64,000 nt of DNA from Tubulanus polymorphus (lineage: Eukaryota; Animalia; Nemertea): NCBI RefSeq assembly GCF_964204645.1, contig NC_134031.1:11410088-11474087 (forward strand). Reading direction: 5' to 3'. The translations under genes were made by a program, and so were the position numbers. Below, piece after piece: positions 52,972 through 64,000 of this stretch. The notes under the pieces were generated by a model that was not told where the DNA came from, searched no databases, and saw only the letters and a program-made list of their open reading frames with translations. Numbering within the stretch: position 1 is the first letter of the stretch; each line of letters starts with the position of its first letter.

Positions 52972-53639
52972 ATAAATAACCGATTTTCGGATTCCACAAA
53001 ACTACAGCAGCGACAAATGGCCTCAGTCGAGTGACACTACTTTATGTCGGCACGCTGTCCGTTTGGCGTTTTGATGCGTAAGTTTGTTAATGATCAGTAG
53101 ATCTTCCTATTATGCATCTGTATGCATTCAGAGAGATCGTTCTGTTTTTGTTTTCAACAATCAGCAATAGTTCATACCTGAACAACTGCAGTCAGTTGAA
53201 ATGACCCTTACAGTTGTACGTTGTTCATACAAATCTTGTAGGAGAAAGTGCCGTAATTGTTGTATTAAATGCGTTTTCGTATCATCCAAATCTTGATTGA
53301 TATAAATATCTTTTGGTATATGCTGAAAAAACATCGGAATGGACAAGTTTCGCCTTTAATAGAATCGTATCAATGAGGTTTAACAATACAATTTGTGTAG
53401 GGTAAATCGTTCGGCAAAAAACGAAATTCATTTTCTGCATAAATGAAAATTGTACATTAGGACAGATTAACCTAAAGTGTATGTCGTCCTCCCAACTAAC
53501 ATCGTCATTGGACATTTGCTGGCAGATAAACCACATCTACTACCGCTTCAAGGCCCATGGACCTCTTGTTATTTAGAATAGAAATGCTGCCTGCATTTGT
53601 CAATAATTCCAAGAATTCATAAAATTGAGGAACGTATCC

Positions 53640-55384
53640 TTTTTTAGCCCACTTGGGACTTTAGTCCCAGCGGGCTATTGCGTTCACTTTTCGTCCTTCT
53701 TCCGTCCGTCCGTCCGTAGACGGAATCCAGTTATTTTGGGAAGTTTTGAAGACGCTTCAAGGTAATGTCTTGATATTTGGTTTATACATGTATCTACCCT
53801 TGACACATCTTCAGCCCAAAAACTGGCCCTGTCAGATTCAAGATGGCTGACTGGCAGCCATTGCTGTTTGCCAAAATCATTACTTTTTACACATGTTCGA
53901 AGTTTTCGAGGGAAATTTTGAAGACGCTTTGATCAATTACCTTGATCTTTCGTTTATATTTGAATCTACCAAGGGCCATCAGCATAAGAAAAATTGGGTC
54001 GATCTGACTCAAGATGGTCGTCCTATGACCTTTTTAGTGCCCTAAAATGTCAATTTTGGCCAGAATTCTAGGTCCTGTAGCTTCCTACTGGTTTGCCATT
54101 TCTCATTGCAATTTGTGATGGGTATTCTTTGGAAAGGGATGTTTTATACCTGAGGCAGGTATTTTTGATCAGCCAATTATGACGCAATTGGCGGCCATCT
54201 TGGTGTCATCAGTACTCATTCGTAGGTGGGAAAAAGTTTTTCCACATTAAATTGATACCTAAGCATATTGTGCTACTATATTCAATTGGAAATTTGTAGC
54301 CCATGACGTTTTCTATGTTTTGGGTGAGTTCTAAGGTCATTGGTTTTTGTATGTGGCCACCAGGGGGCGTTGAATAATACAATAACTTAGTATTTCTATA
54401 TTATATTTGTACCTATGCGTATTTTGTTGCCACAATCTATTGTAAAGTTGAAGCTCTTGACATCTTCCATGATTTTGGTGAGTTTTAAGGACATTAGTTA
54501 TTCTATATGGTCACCAGGGGGCGTTGAATAGTAGAATAACTTAGTATTCCTTATTAGATTGGTACCTAGGCATATTTTGTTACCATGATCAATTGCAAAG
54601 TTGTAGTTCATGACATCGTCTATGATTGTGGTGAGTTTTTAAGGATATTAGTTATTCCATATAGTCACCAGGGAGCGTTGAATAGTAGAATAGCTTAGTA
54701 TTTCCTTATTAGATTGGTACCTAGGCATATTTTCATACTATGATCAATTGTTAAGTTGTATTTCATGACATGTACTACGATTGTGGTGAGTTTTAAGGTC
54801 ATTGGGTTATGCATATGGTCACCAGGGGGCGTTGATTAGTAGAATAACTTAGTATTTCCATATTAAATTGGTAACGAGGCATATTTTGTTATCACAATCA
54901 ATTACAAAATCATAGCTGCTGACATGTTCTATGATTTTGGTGGGTTTCAAGGTCATTTGTTTTTGTATATGGTCACTAGGGGCGTTATGTATTGAAATTG
55001 ATGGGAACTTCCCAAATGGGCATGGTGTCCCTGGACCCCTAGTTTGGCCTTACATTAAGGACTATTCATTTGCCTGGCGAAATCAGGTGGAATTTCACTT
55101 GCCACAGTAGTGTTTCCAATACCTTAGATGCTTGAAGAAGTAATCCAAACGGAAGACATGGCACGCTCCAACTATTGACTAAATAGGGCAATGACATCAT
55201 TCACTTGACCTGAACTAACTTTGTTGGTCCCAGTTCACTCGGGCTGAACACTTTCTATGATTGTGGTCAAGGTCGTGGGATTTTTTCAAGGTTATTGGAT
55301 GGGGCGTTGAATATTGAATATGTTAGATTGTTGAGCATCTGAATCCACTTCCCAAGTGGGCATGGTGTCCCTGGACTCCTAGTT
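53640..55384 (+). mobile_element. HINE family B copy 2 (about five ~154-bp units; main 3' end at 55044, extra 3' end at 55384)
   Basis: Near-identical 5' region to 35720ff; CACCAGGGGGCGTTGA recurs at ~54358, 54513, 54666, 54820 and 54974. Confidence 0.85.
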
Positions 55385-56325
55385 TCATAATAGATGTATT
55401 ACATTGTAGATCAAACCCATCTTTACTTGCCACGATTTGATTGCCTCTTGCTGAATATAACGCAAACACTAACCCTGGCCGCTGTTCCTTCATTGGTCTA
55501 TTACAACAGGTAGGATTCATTCAACAAACAGGTTGCCGCTCAGAAATATTAAGCCAATCAGATGCATCACTTTTCACCGGCAGCACATCGCTTTTTTATT
55601 TGCTCAAATCAATGGCATATATCTGATTAGCTAGATATATAGGCTGTTGGCCGTAGAGCAGCAAACTGTCCTCCCCAAAAAATCTTGGGTGGTGTGATAG
55701 ACCAATGAAGAAAGCTAGTGACAATGGGGTAAGCCAAGCCTTAGTCGACAAACTGAGACCGGTATTAAGCCGGTGTTAAAGTTTGTTTTGCCCACATTAG
55801 CGACTATAAAGATTGAATCAGCTATTTCAATACCAAGTACCCACAATATTGTAATGTAATGTTAATTTCATCAATAAAGAATAATTAACAATTATGTAAA
55901 TACAATAGGGCCTATGTGAAATATATAATGATTTATTGATTGGTTGTTATTATGTGTAATATTTGTTGCCTCTAAACAATTGTTCATGATTATAGGTAAT
56001 AACATTTTTTGCCCATAAAGGATATGGGTGTAACCTCAGAAGTTAGATTTCAATGACATAATAAATACAAAAGTAAATTAAGTGTCGTTCATGGATTTAA
56101 CGAATTACGAGATACACATGGTACTAAAATCTTAATTTCATACTGAATTTGGTCTTATGTACTAAAGAAATGAAGGCAACGTGATGTATTTCCATCGTAC
56201 AAATGAGGGTTTCTGAATTAGCTTTATTGGTTATACTGACAATTTATTTAAATTTGACTACGCTTATATCGTATCTACCAGGACTGGCAAAAAGGGTTGA
56301 TATATTTCCATCAGGCAAATGATGG

Positions 56326-58274
56326 TTTTTAGCCCAGTTTGGGCTAAGTCTTAGCAGGTCAGTGCATTCACTTTTCATCTGTCTGTTCGTCCGACGTAGA
56401 AGGAATCAAGTTATTTATTTGAAGTTTTCAAGACGCTTCAATTAAATTGATTGTCTTGGCTGACTCGCGGCCATTGTTGTCCGGAAACAAATCAACTCTT
56501 TTTACACATTTTTATGATCAACTGTGTTGATCTGTATAGAATTGTTCAGAGATTAACTTTCTGTTAGCTTTTGCTGGTACAAAATGTAACCACTGATATA
56601 CACAGCTGATGTTTTGTCATTAGGAGGGAGATAGGTGTTGGAATTAATAATATGGAGAGTTTCTTCCATCATCTTAGCCGTTTCGAAGTGCTTGGAGAAA
56701 AATAATTTTCAATGAATTTTCCCCCATTCTACTTCAACGGTTCACGTGATAACAAAATGGCGGCTAGATTTTTAGCCTCTGATTATTTCACGACAATGGT
56801 GCGCTCAATCACCCAATAGCGTCGCCTACTGAGTCAGCTATACAAGGCGATCAAATCTGTGAGTGTGACTGAATCGCCCAGTGCGTTTTACCATGTATAT
56901 CATCGAAGTTGAACATGCTTCCTACACAGTGACATCCTTATCAAGATTAATGTATTGATTGTTCTGCTATGTGCAAGTGAGTCAGAGGAAAACCCCATAA
57001 CCATGTATATCGTCAAAGTTGAACATACTTACGTACTACACAGTGCACCATGATTTCATCTTTATTAACTGCTTATACTTTATTACAAATCCTTGAAAAA
57101 AATGTACATAGTTGACTTGGATCCATGGTCCTTTATTGAAGTTTTCTAGGGAGATTTTTAGGAAATGCTTCGATATCAATTATCTCGATCTTTCATCTAT
57201 ATGTGTAAGCCCTAAGGGGCCATCGGCATAAGAAAGATTAGGTCGATCGGACTCAAGATGCTTCTTCCGGTGACCTTTTTGAGCTCCAATAGGTCAATTT
57301 TGGCCTGAATACAGAGACCTTTAGCATCCTAACGGTTTGCCATTTTCATTATTTTATATGTATATATATATATTTTGTGATGGGTATACTTTGAGAGGGG
57401 ATGATAAGCATATCAGAGGGGGTTGCGGTCAAGCAATTATCACGCAATTGGGTCGGTGTCATCAGTCCTGGTTTATAGGAAGAAAGTTTTTTTTAAGGAA
57501 CATGTCAACAGGCATTTACTTATGGTCTTGCTATATTATTATTGTTAGCACTCACGTGAAATTTGTGAGCACTTAATTTTTTGTTCTCGCCAACCGGGGA
57601 GTTGAATATTGAATCATATACAATTTGTCTATCTACATTGGTACCTCTGTATACTAAGTTACCAAATCTATCGCAAAGTCGTGGCTCATGACATGTTCTG
57701 TGAATGTGGTGTTTCAGGATCATTGGTTTTATTTGTACGTTAGTTATCTTCAGGGGGCATTGAATAGTTAAATATCTAAGTACAGTCAACTCCCGATATT
57801 GGTGCAGAACGATGGCAGTATAGAGAGTATGGCGGTTTATCGGGGATGTTTTGCTATGTATTTGTATTGAGATGTACATTGGAAAAAAACAAGCGGTAGG
57901 CGGGGGTGGCTGAAAATGGGAGGGCGGTATATGGGGGGTTGACTGTATTTCCATATTATATTGGTAGCTAGGCGTATTTTGTTACCACAAAGTTGTAGCT
58001 CATGAGTTTTTCTATAATCGTGAGTTACAAGGTCATTTGATTTTTTATATGTTCACTACGGGGTGTTGAATACCGTACTCTGTATTTTCTTAACATATTG
58101 GTACCTAGGTATATTTTTTACAGCAATCAATTGTACCTTATGATATGTTTTATGATTGTGGTGAGTTTCAAGGTCATTGATTTCAGTATATTTTCACACC
58201 AGGGGGTGCTGAATATTGTCAAATTGGTGAGTGTTTAAATTAAACCACTTTCCGTGTGGGCATGGTGTCCCTAG
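56326..58274 (+). mobile_element. HINE family B copy 3, diverged, with insertions
   Basis: Degenerate 5' hairpin, repeat units and GTGGGCATGGTGTCCCTAG end. Confidence 0.7.
57783..57945. mobile_element. pogo/Tigger-like MITE
   Basis: TA|CAGTCAACTCCC ... GGGGGTTGACTG|TA. Confidence 0.75.
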
Positions 58275-58320
58275 ATTACGCGCAATATTATTAGCTTTTT
58301 ACGGTATAAATGTGTATTTG

Positions 58321-60496
58321 TTGGGTCCTTAAAAGTACAAACGGCGAAATTAAGAAATATGAACAGTAGTTATGGAATATGAAACGAAATAAGAAACGAA
58401 ATTACAAGACAGGAAACGAAATTAAAAAATGGCCATTGTTTCGCCGGTCCCGCTGAATTATGAAATGTAATGCGACAAAATTATTTTTTTTGCGCTACAG
58501 ACCAAAGGCCATGTGGAGCTTGCTTAAACCTACGCACCCGGTCTAGTGAGGTAGGGCTCCGTGCCGTGGCCGAGCCTTGCGATCCCATCAGGTTCGAATC
58601 CCTGCCTCAGAGAATGATCTGCTCATGGCCAAAGAAAAAACATGAAGGGACAAATTAATAATTTTACGGGTTAGAGAACAAAGTGTTAACACTTCAAATT
58701 CCGTATTTTCATCATGTCAACTTTGGGACCGTCTGTCTCTTTTGGTCAAGAATTTTATTTGTTCATCAGTCGTGTATGTAAATAGCTCTCGTTAGGCCAG
58801 CCTTATTACTATACAAATGGAGCGAATTTAAATGACATTGTTTCCAGAGTAAAGGCTCTTTGACTGTGCAACTGAGCATGTATTCGTACAAATCATTCAT
58901 TAAAGCTGTATCCATTCTCCAAACTCTACGTCGCTGAATTTTGAAAGAGGGCCTCGTTAAAATTAATATGAGCTTTTTCTCGAAAATCTGATCGCAAAAA
59001 TATTGGTTTTGAAAAGCCAATCAGAAAGCGAAGACTGCTCTATGATTGGCTTAGCCGCAGAGATCAGCAGGTGTTCACGTGAACCTGCGGTATCGTCTAC
59101 CGTTTTACTTCCGGATTTTATTTTAAGATCTAAAAATGTATTTCAAGATCGATTTCTGTTGATTTGGTTTTTGGGAGGAATGTTTTTATTGGCACTATAT
59201 AAAATGTCATTGACAATTGTGCAAACTCCGGGAAAAAATTGCTTTTTCTCAAATCGGATAAATGACCTTGATAAGCTAATTAGCCATGTGCTAAAACTAC
59301 AAACTCAAACAATTTTTGAAAAGCTGACAGGCTGGCCATAGTGCCCCAGTGGTGTATTTTGACAAATTTAACCCACAGAATGCATCATCATTTGCCATTT
59401 TTGAAAAGCTGACAGGCTGGCCATAGTGCCCCTTGGGGCTCTTGTTTTACCACTTCTCACCATACATCATTACTCCCCTCAAATCATCAGTCCTATTCAA
59501 ACTCTTAGAATATACTTTCGCTATACCGGCAATGATGTTTCCTGGTTGTTATGTAAATAAAACATATATGTGGTCGGCAATATATCGCACTGTATCATTT
59601 GTTTTCTATTATCAAAATGAAATCAACTAGGACCTTTACCCTTGCCTTCTTAAATCGAGATTAACTTATGTCTAATTCTTGATTTTGCAAGAGATAAGGA
59701 TTGAGTAATGAAAATTCGGTCACGGCCAGGATTTTTTTCAAATTAGTTGTCACTACGCTGTTGCTGGAAATGGCTGAGATATTCATCATTTGGTTATGAT
59801 AACAACCTACAATTGTTTCTACTAATGGCAGTGTGACGGATTTTGGGTCTCCGATGAAGCCAGATATTAAAGTCGTGGATGTTGTTAGAAAAGTTTTAGT
59901 TTATTAACTAAACCATGAAAAAGAAGAAACTGAAATATACAAAGAAAATAACATCTTATTATGATTCGCACAATATTCGTTAACTTCTCAATATCCATAT
60001 CAGTCTACCAATTTTATTTTGCTTACGGCAAACTGTGCCTTTCTTGTTAATCTAAATTACAGACCAGTACGTCTGTCCACCTCAGTTCTGAGTCTAAAAC
60101 TTACTCGTACGTGTACACGTATATATACTAATGTATTACATACAATTAGTCTAAAAGTTATTCATTACAGTTGAACCAGACAGTATCATTGAGGACAATC
60201 TATAGAACTCTATTACAGGTAGGATATTCTTAAAACCCTCAAATTTAGGAAAATGAATTCTTGAATACTTTCAAAAGATCATTAACATGAACCGCCAAAG
60301 TTTTGACAGTCCGGCCCGTGGCCAAATTACGAGCTTGGACATGTATGGTCGTGTTTGAGAAATGACCGTTTCGTACTTTAGCCCTACTCGCAACAAATTA
60401 CCATTTCGTAATTTCGTTTCGCGTCTAGTGATTTCATTTCACATATTTGTAATTTCGTTTCGTATTTCGTCGGTTCGTACATTAGCAGGACCCATA
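58321..60496. mobile_element. Non-autonomous TIR element with ~110-bp imperfect, GAAAC/GAAAT-rich inverted ends; contains HINE family A copy 4
   Basis: GGGTCCT..GTAC.AAC..CGAAAT... at 58323 is mirrored by ...ATTTCG..GTTCGTAC..AGGACCCATA at 60400-60496. No clear TSD. Confidence 0.5.
58792..59445 (+). mobile_element. HINE family A copy 4 (internally deleted, 3' end duplicated)
   Basis: Homologous to 30270-31161. Confidence 0.8.
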
Positions 60497-61600
60497 TGCG
60501 ATTCAAAACTATATGCTTGCGAGAAATTTTTCTTTCAAGTCATATTCCATGTGTAAACATCTAGATAACTTATCATATCCAAGTAGGCCTGCACGTCTTG
60601 AAGAATATAAATAATCCGAATTATTGAAATGTATTGTTTGTTTCGTTTCAAGATGCTAATCTGGCCTAGTACAAAATCTGTGAGTGGTAATTTATTTTTG
60701 GTCTTTCTTTGCCTACCGGAATATGTCTGTATCAAATTTTCCTTTAACTGACGACACGATTTTGTTTGGTGGCTAGCTGTCATTAAGAAAAGATACCTGG
60801 AAACGTCATAATTACGAAACATTGGTTCATTAAAGACTGTTACGCAGATGTACCTCTTATTGTGCTTTTTCCTTTTCTTGTTTAATCATGGGGTGTCTCT
60901 CAGAAACCAATATCAACTATCGACCAGGACTAATCAGATTAAATATGTTATATCGTTTTCTTGTTACTAACCGAATACTTATATAAACTACCCCGCAATT
61001 ATATTGAATGTACACTCTGCGATGATTCAATAATAAAGCATCTACACATTTATATATTCAACTCCAAAACGACTTGCGTCTTGTTTTCTGGATACAGGTT
61101 TTGGATTCTGAGAAAATCAGACAAAACAGCGCTTAAATAGTAAGATCATGTTACATTAATACATAATCATTCTTGACAAACTTGACCTGTACTGGGTGAT
61201 GGATTACCGAATATAAATGATTGAAAAAGTGTAAATTTAAATGTTTTTACTCGCTACCCATGTAGATGGCGCTGATGGTGATACAATTGGGGCTACAGGA
61301 AAAATTCCCCTCAGCGCGAACTCCTAAGCTACATGTAGACATTTATGGTACCCAAAGTTTTAGTTATCTCTGTTTATCTCTATGTTAAAAGCTGATCTTG
61401 CTAGTCGTGTGCCTTGTCAGAAACTGTCACCCCGCCCATCATATCATGATGTCAAATTGATATCAGAGTTGCTCATAGGAATGATGTCATATAAATGTCA
61501 TATCATGATGTTATTCTGACGTCTTTCTGATCCAAAATGATGTCAATATGACATTTATTTTGATTATCAGAAATACGTCATTTTGATGTCCCTTTTTAAA

Positions 61601-61670
61601 GTGAGTGAGTAAAAAATGAAAAATAAATTCTCGCACACTCGAATTTATATTTCATTTTTTACTCACTCGC
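61601..61670. repeat. 30-bp-stem hairpin with 10-nt loop
   Basis: GTGAGTGAGTAAAAAATGAAAAATAAATTC-tcgcacactc-GAATTTATATTTCATTTTTTACTCACTCGC (2 mismatches). Confidence 0.9.
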
Positions 61671-61736
61671 CCTCTCAACCTTTAATCTAGAACAACACAT
61701 TCCCTATTACTCTTAAAATATTAATCTAATAACTTC

Positions 61737-61773
61737 TAAAATCAATTTTAATAAAAAATTTGATATTAAAATG
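61737..61773 (+). promoter_or_regulatory. 37-bp motif ending in the ATG, copy 1
   Basis: TAAAATCAATTTTAATAAAAAATTTGATATTAAAATG; 36/37 identical to 62124-62160. Confidence 0.7.
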
Positions 61774-62126
61774 GAGAGTAAACAAATACACAGTGAAAAC
61801 AACAAATCATTTCTAGATAGAATAAAAGATATCACAAATGCTAAATCTGTAGATTATAAATTTAAGAAGTTAAATGAACTTATAAGAAATATTTAATTAC
61901 AAATATTGATACAGTTACTAACAAATATGGAGATAAATTAGTTATCCACTTAGAATATGAAGGATTAAAAGGAAATACATATAAATTCAGAACATATTTA
62001 CCAGATAGATTTCATAGATTGTCAAGTGAAGATTTAGAAGAATTATGTTCAGGTGATTTCTATTTCATATATAAGGGTAAGAATGAAAAAGGGCACCATG
62101 AAATAGATTTCGAATCAAATATGTAA
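61771..62126 (+). pseudogene. Small Polinton-type ORF (~117 aa, one frameshift), possibly an OB-fold ssDNA-binding protein
   Basis: FKKLNELIRN/YLITNIDTVTNKYGDKLVIHL...RTYLPDRF...FYFIYKG pattern; the fold assignment is inference. Confidence 0.45.
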
Positions 62127-62160
62127 AATCAATTTTAATAAAAAATTTAATATTAAAATG
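62124..62160 (+). promoter_or_regulatory. 37-bp motif ending in the ATG, copy 2
   Basis: Starts with the upstream ORF's TAA and ends at the next ATG. Confidence 0.7.
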
Positions 62161-64000
62161 AAAGCAAATAAGTACTACTGTTCAACATGTAAAATTGATA
62201 TAGATAAATCTCAAAAAGCAAGACACAATAGAACTAAAACACATTTAGAGAATAAATTGAAATTATAATATAAAGATGATGTATTAGAAAATAAATTAGA
62301 GGAATTGAAGAATGAAAAAGAAATATATAAATGTGAAACATGTAATCAATCATTCAGTATAAAAAAATATCATAAAGAACATTTAAAATCTAAAAGTTAT
62401 ATTAGAAATATGAATAATGATATTTTAGGTGAAGATTATTTTGATAATGATAAAAAATAAAATGAATAAAAAATAAAATAAACAATAAAAGACCATACAT
62501 GGAAGATGTAAGAAATTATATTAATTCATTAGATAATAGCAAAGAAATAGAAATAACCGAAGCATTCAAAAGTGATATTGGTCCAGCAGCTATCGAGTTT
62601 AGATTTCATAAAGGTAAAACATTAGAAGAAAATAAAAAACATTTTGAAAATATGAAAAGTATTATAAAAATAATTACTGGTGTTGAATACCCTAAGATTA
62701 GTTAGTATATCCGCTAAAGTTAAATTTTTAAAATCTGAAGATAAACCAATATATAATATAAATTCTCATTCCCAACATATTATGTCTAAACAGCATATAG
62801 ATGATAAATTAAATAAATGTTATAATGAAATAAAAACTAAAATAGAAGAGAAATATTTTGAAGGATCTGGTTTAATATGTGATGAAATAATATTTATGAC
62901 TTTACATGTTTATAACACAAAATATAATAAGTTAACTAAATCAAAACCAATTGATGAAAATAATTTTATCATATTATAAAGATGATATATTAATGGATCA
63001 AGTTATATCAAATTACCATTTAAAACTAATGCTGTAATAAATGTACACAATTCTGATGATAAATGTTTTCTATGGTCAATTATAAGTTGCTTAAGCCCGG
63101 CGCACACGGGCGACAGTTTCGAGCAATTCTCGAGCAACCGCCCGAATTGCTCGGCGTCGAACGAAAAAATCGCTCGTCTGCGGCAAGGGGCGACAGCGAT
63201 TGCTCGTTGTCGAAAGGAATTGCTCCGTGTCGCCCAATATCAAACATGTTTGATATTGGGCGATGGAAAATTGCTTGTCGCTCGGGAGTTGCCCGTGTGC
63301 GGTAGCTAGAGACACCAAGCGACAAGCGACTCATTAACTAGCCAATGAGAGAGCGAACAATTATCATGTGATTCAACCAAATACGGCTCCAGTCGAGGCT
63401 GTAGCGTGACCATCTTGACAAGTCACATGATACAGATGTTTGCCGGGAAAGATAATCGCTTCTCCGTCTCCAGTGTGGTAGCACACAGGCGACACCAAGC
63501 GATTGATTGCTCAACGGTTGCTTGCAAATCGGTCGGAGCAACAGGCGACTAAAAATTGCCTCGTGTGCGCTAGGCTTTACATCCTGCAACTGATAATATT
63601 TGTAGAGTATCAAATTATAAACCATTTGAAAATAATTATAAGATAGATAATTATCCTGTAAGAATTAAAAATATCCCAAAAATAGAAAGAGATAATAATA
63701 TAAAGATAAATGTGTTTGATTTAGTCAAATTACTTAAAACAAAAGGTAACAATATTAAACATTATACATTAGAACCTCTATACTTAGCAAAAGATTATGA
63801 TTCAAATGATGTCATAGATATATTATATTACGAGAATCATTATATTTGGATTAAAAGAATTGATTTATTTTTTTAATCAGAAAATGATTATACTCGTAAA
63901 GTATATCTATGTAGAAAATGTTTACATAAATTCAGTAATGAAAGTGCATTATTAAATCATAAGCAATTATGCGATAATCATGATTATTGTAAAATAGCTT
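62158..64000 (+). pseudogene. Protein-primed family B DNA polymerase, N-terminal region (C2H2 fingers, terminal-protein region), disrupted
   Basis: YYCSTC...HNRTKTH, YKCETC...HLKSKS, FEGSGL, NGSSYIKLP..NAVINVHNSDDKCFLWSIISCL|HP...RVSNY, YPV..KNIPKIE..NNIKINVF, NHYIWIK, YLCRKCLHKF...LLNHKQLC. Exonuclease/polymerase motifs are expected beyond the window and are not seen here. Confidence 0.8.
63094..63576. mobile_element. PIF/Harbinger-type MITE inserted in pPolB
   Basis: TIR AGCCCGGCGCACACG / CGTGTGCGCTAGGCT; TTA TSD (63091-93, 63577-79); excision restores SCL-HPATDNICRVSNY. Confidence 0.88.

Larger units (their letters stand above)
61601..64000 (+). mobile_element. Polinton/Maverick (adintovirus-like) endogenous element fragment, degenerate, continuing beyond the window
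   Basis: Abrupt shift to extremely AT-rich, intronless, tightly packed ORFs; pPolB N-terminal motifs. Confidence 0.8.

Noticed and set aside
63063-63625. Four overlapping ORFs
   Set aside because: They lie within a GC-richer palindromic MITE; spurious.

Overview
AT-rich eukaryotic (metazoan, probably marine invertebrate) genomic DNA, almost entirely filled with nested and mostly decayed mobile elements. From left to right: (1) the 3' part of a DIRS1-like tyrosine-recombinase retrotransposon, whose YR gene is interrupted by a TA-flanked MITE. (2) The DIRS sits in an intron of an IS3EU-type DNA transposon that carries a convergent, multi-exon HECT-type E3 ligase cargo gene. (3) A ~9.6 kb Ty3/Gypsy element with gag, pol, a chromodomain-like tail and a class I fusion (F-type) env with an unusual two-TM C-terminal extension. 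(4) A truncated CACTA/EnSpm element. (5) Many Helentron-associated non-autonomous elements (HINEs), hAT/Harbinger/pogo MITEs, a SINE, LINE fragments and a second Gypsy relic. (6) At the right edge, a very AT-rich Polinton/Maverick-like segment with a pPolB N-terminus, a 30-bp hairpin and a duplicated 37-bp promoter-like motif. The only candidate host gene is a divergent PARP/ART-fold protein with an apparent inactive Y-Y-V triad. Two of its exons (13803-13997 and 51816-52971) are splice-phase compatible across ~38 kb of TE-filled intron. All family assignments come from motif recognition by eye; no database searches were run.
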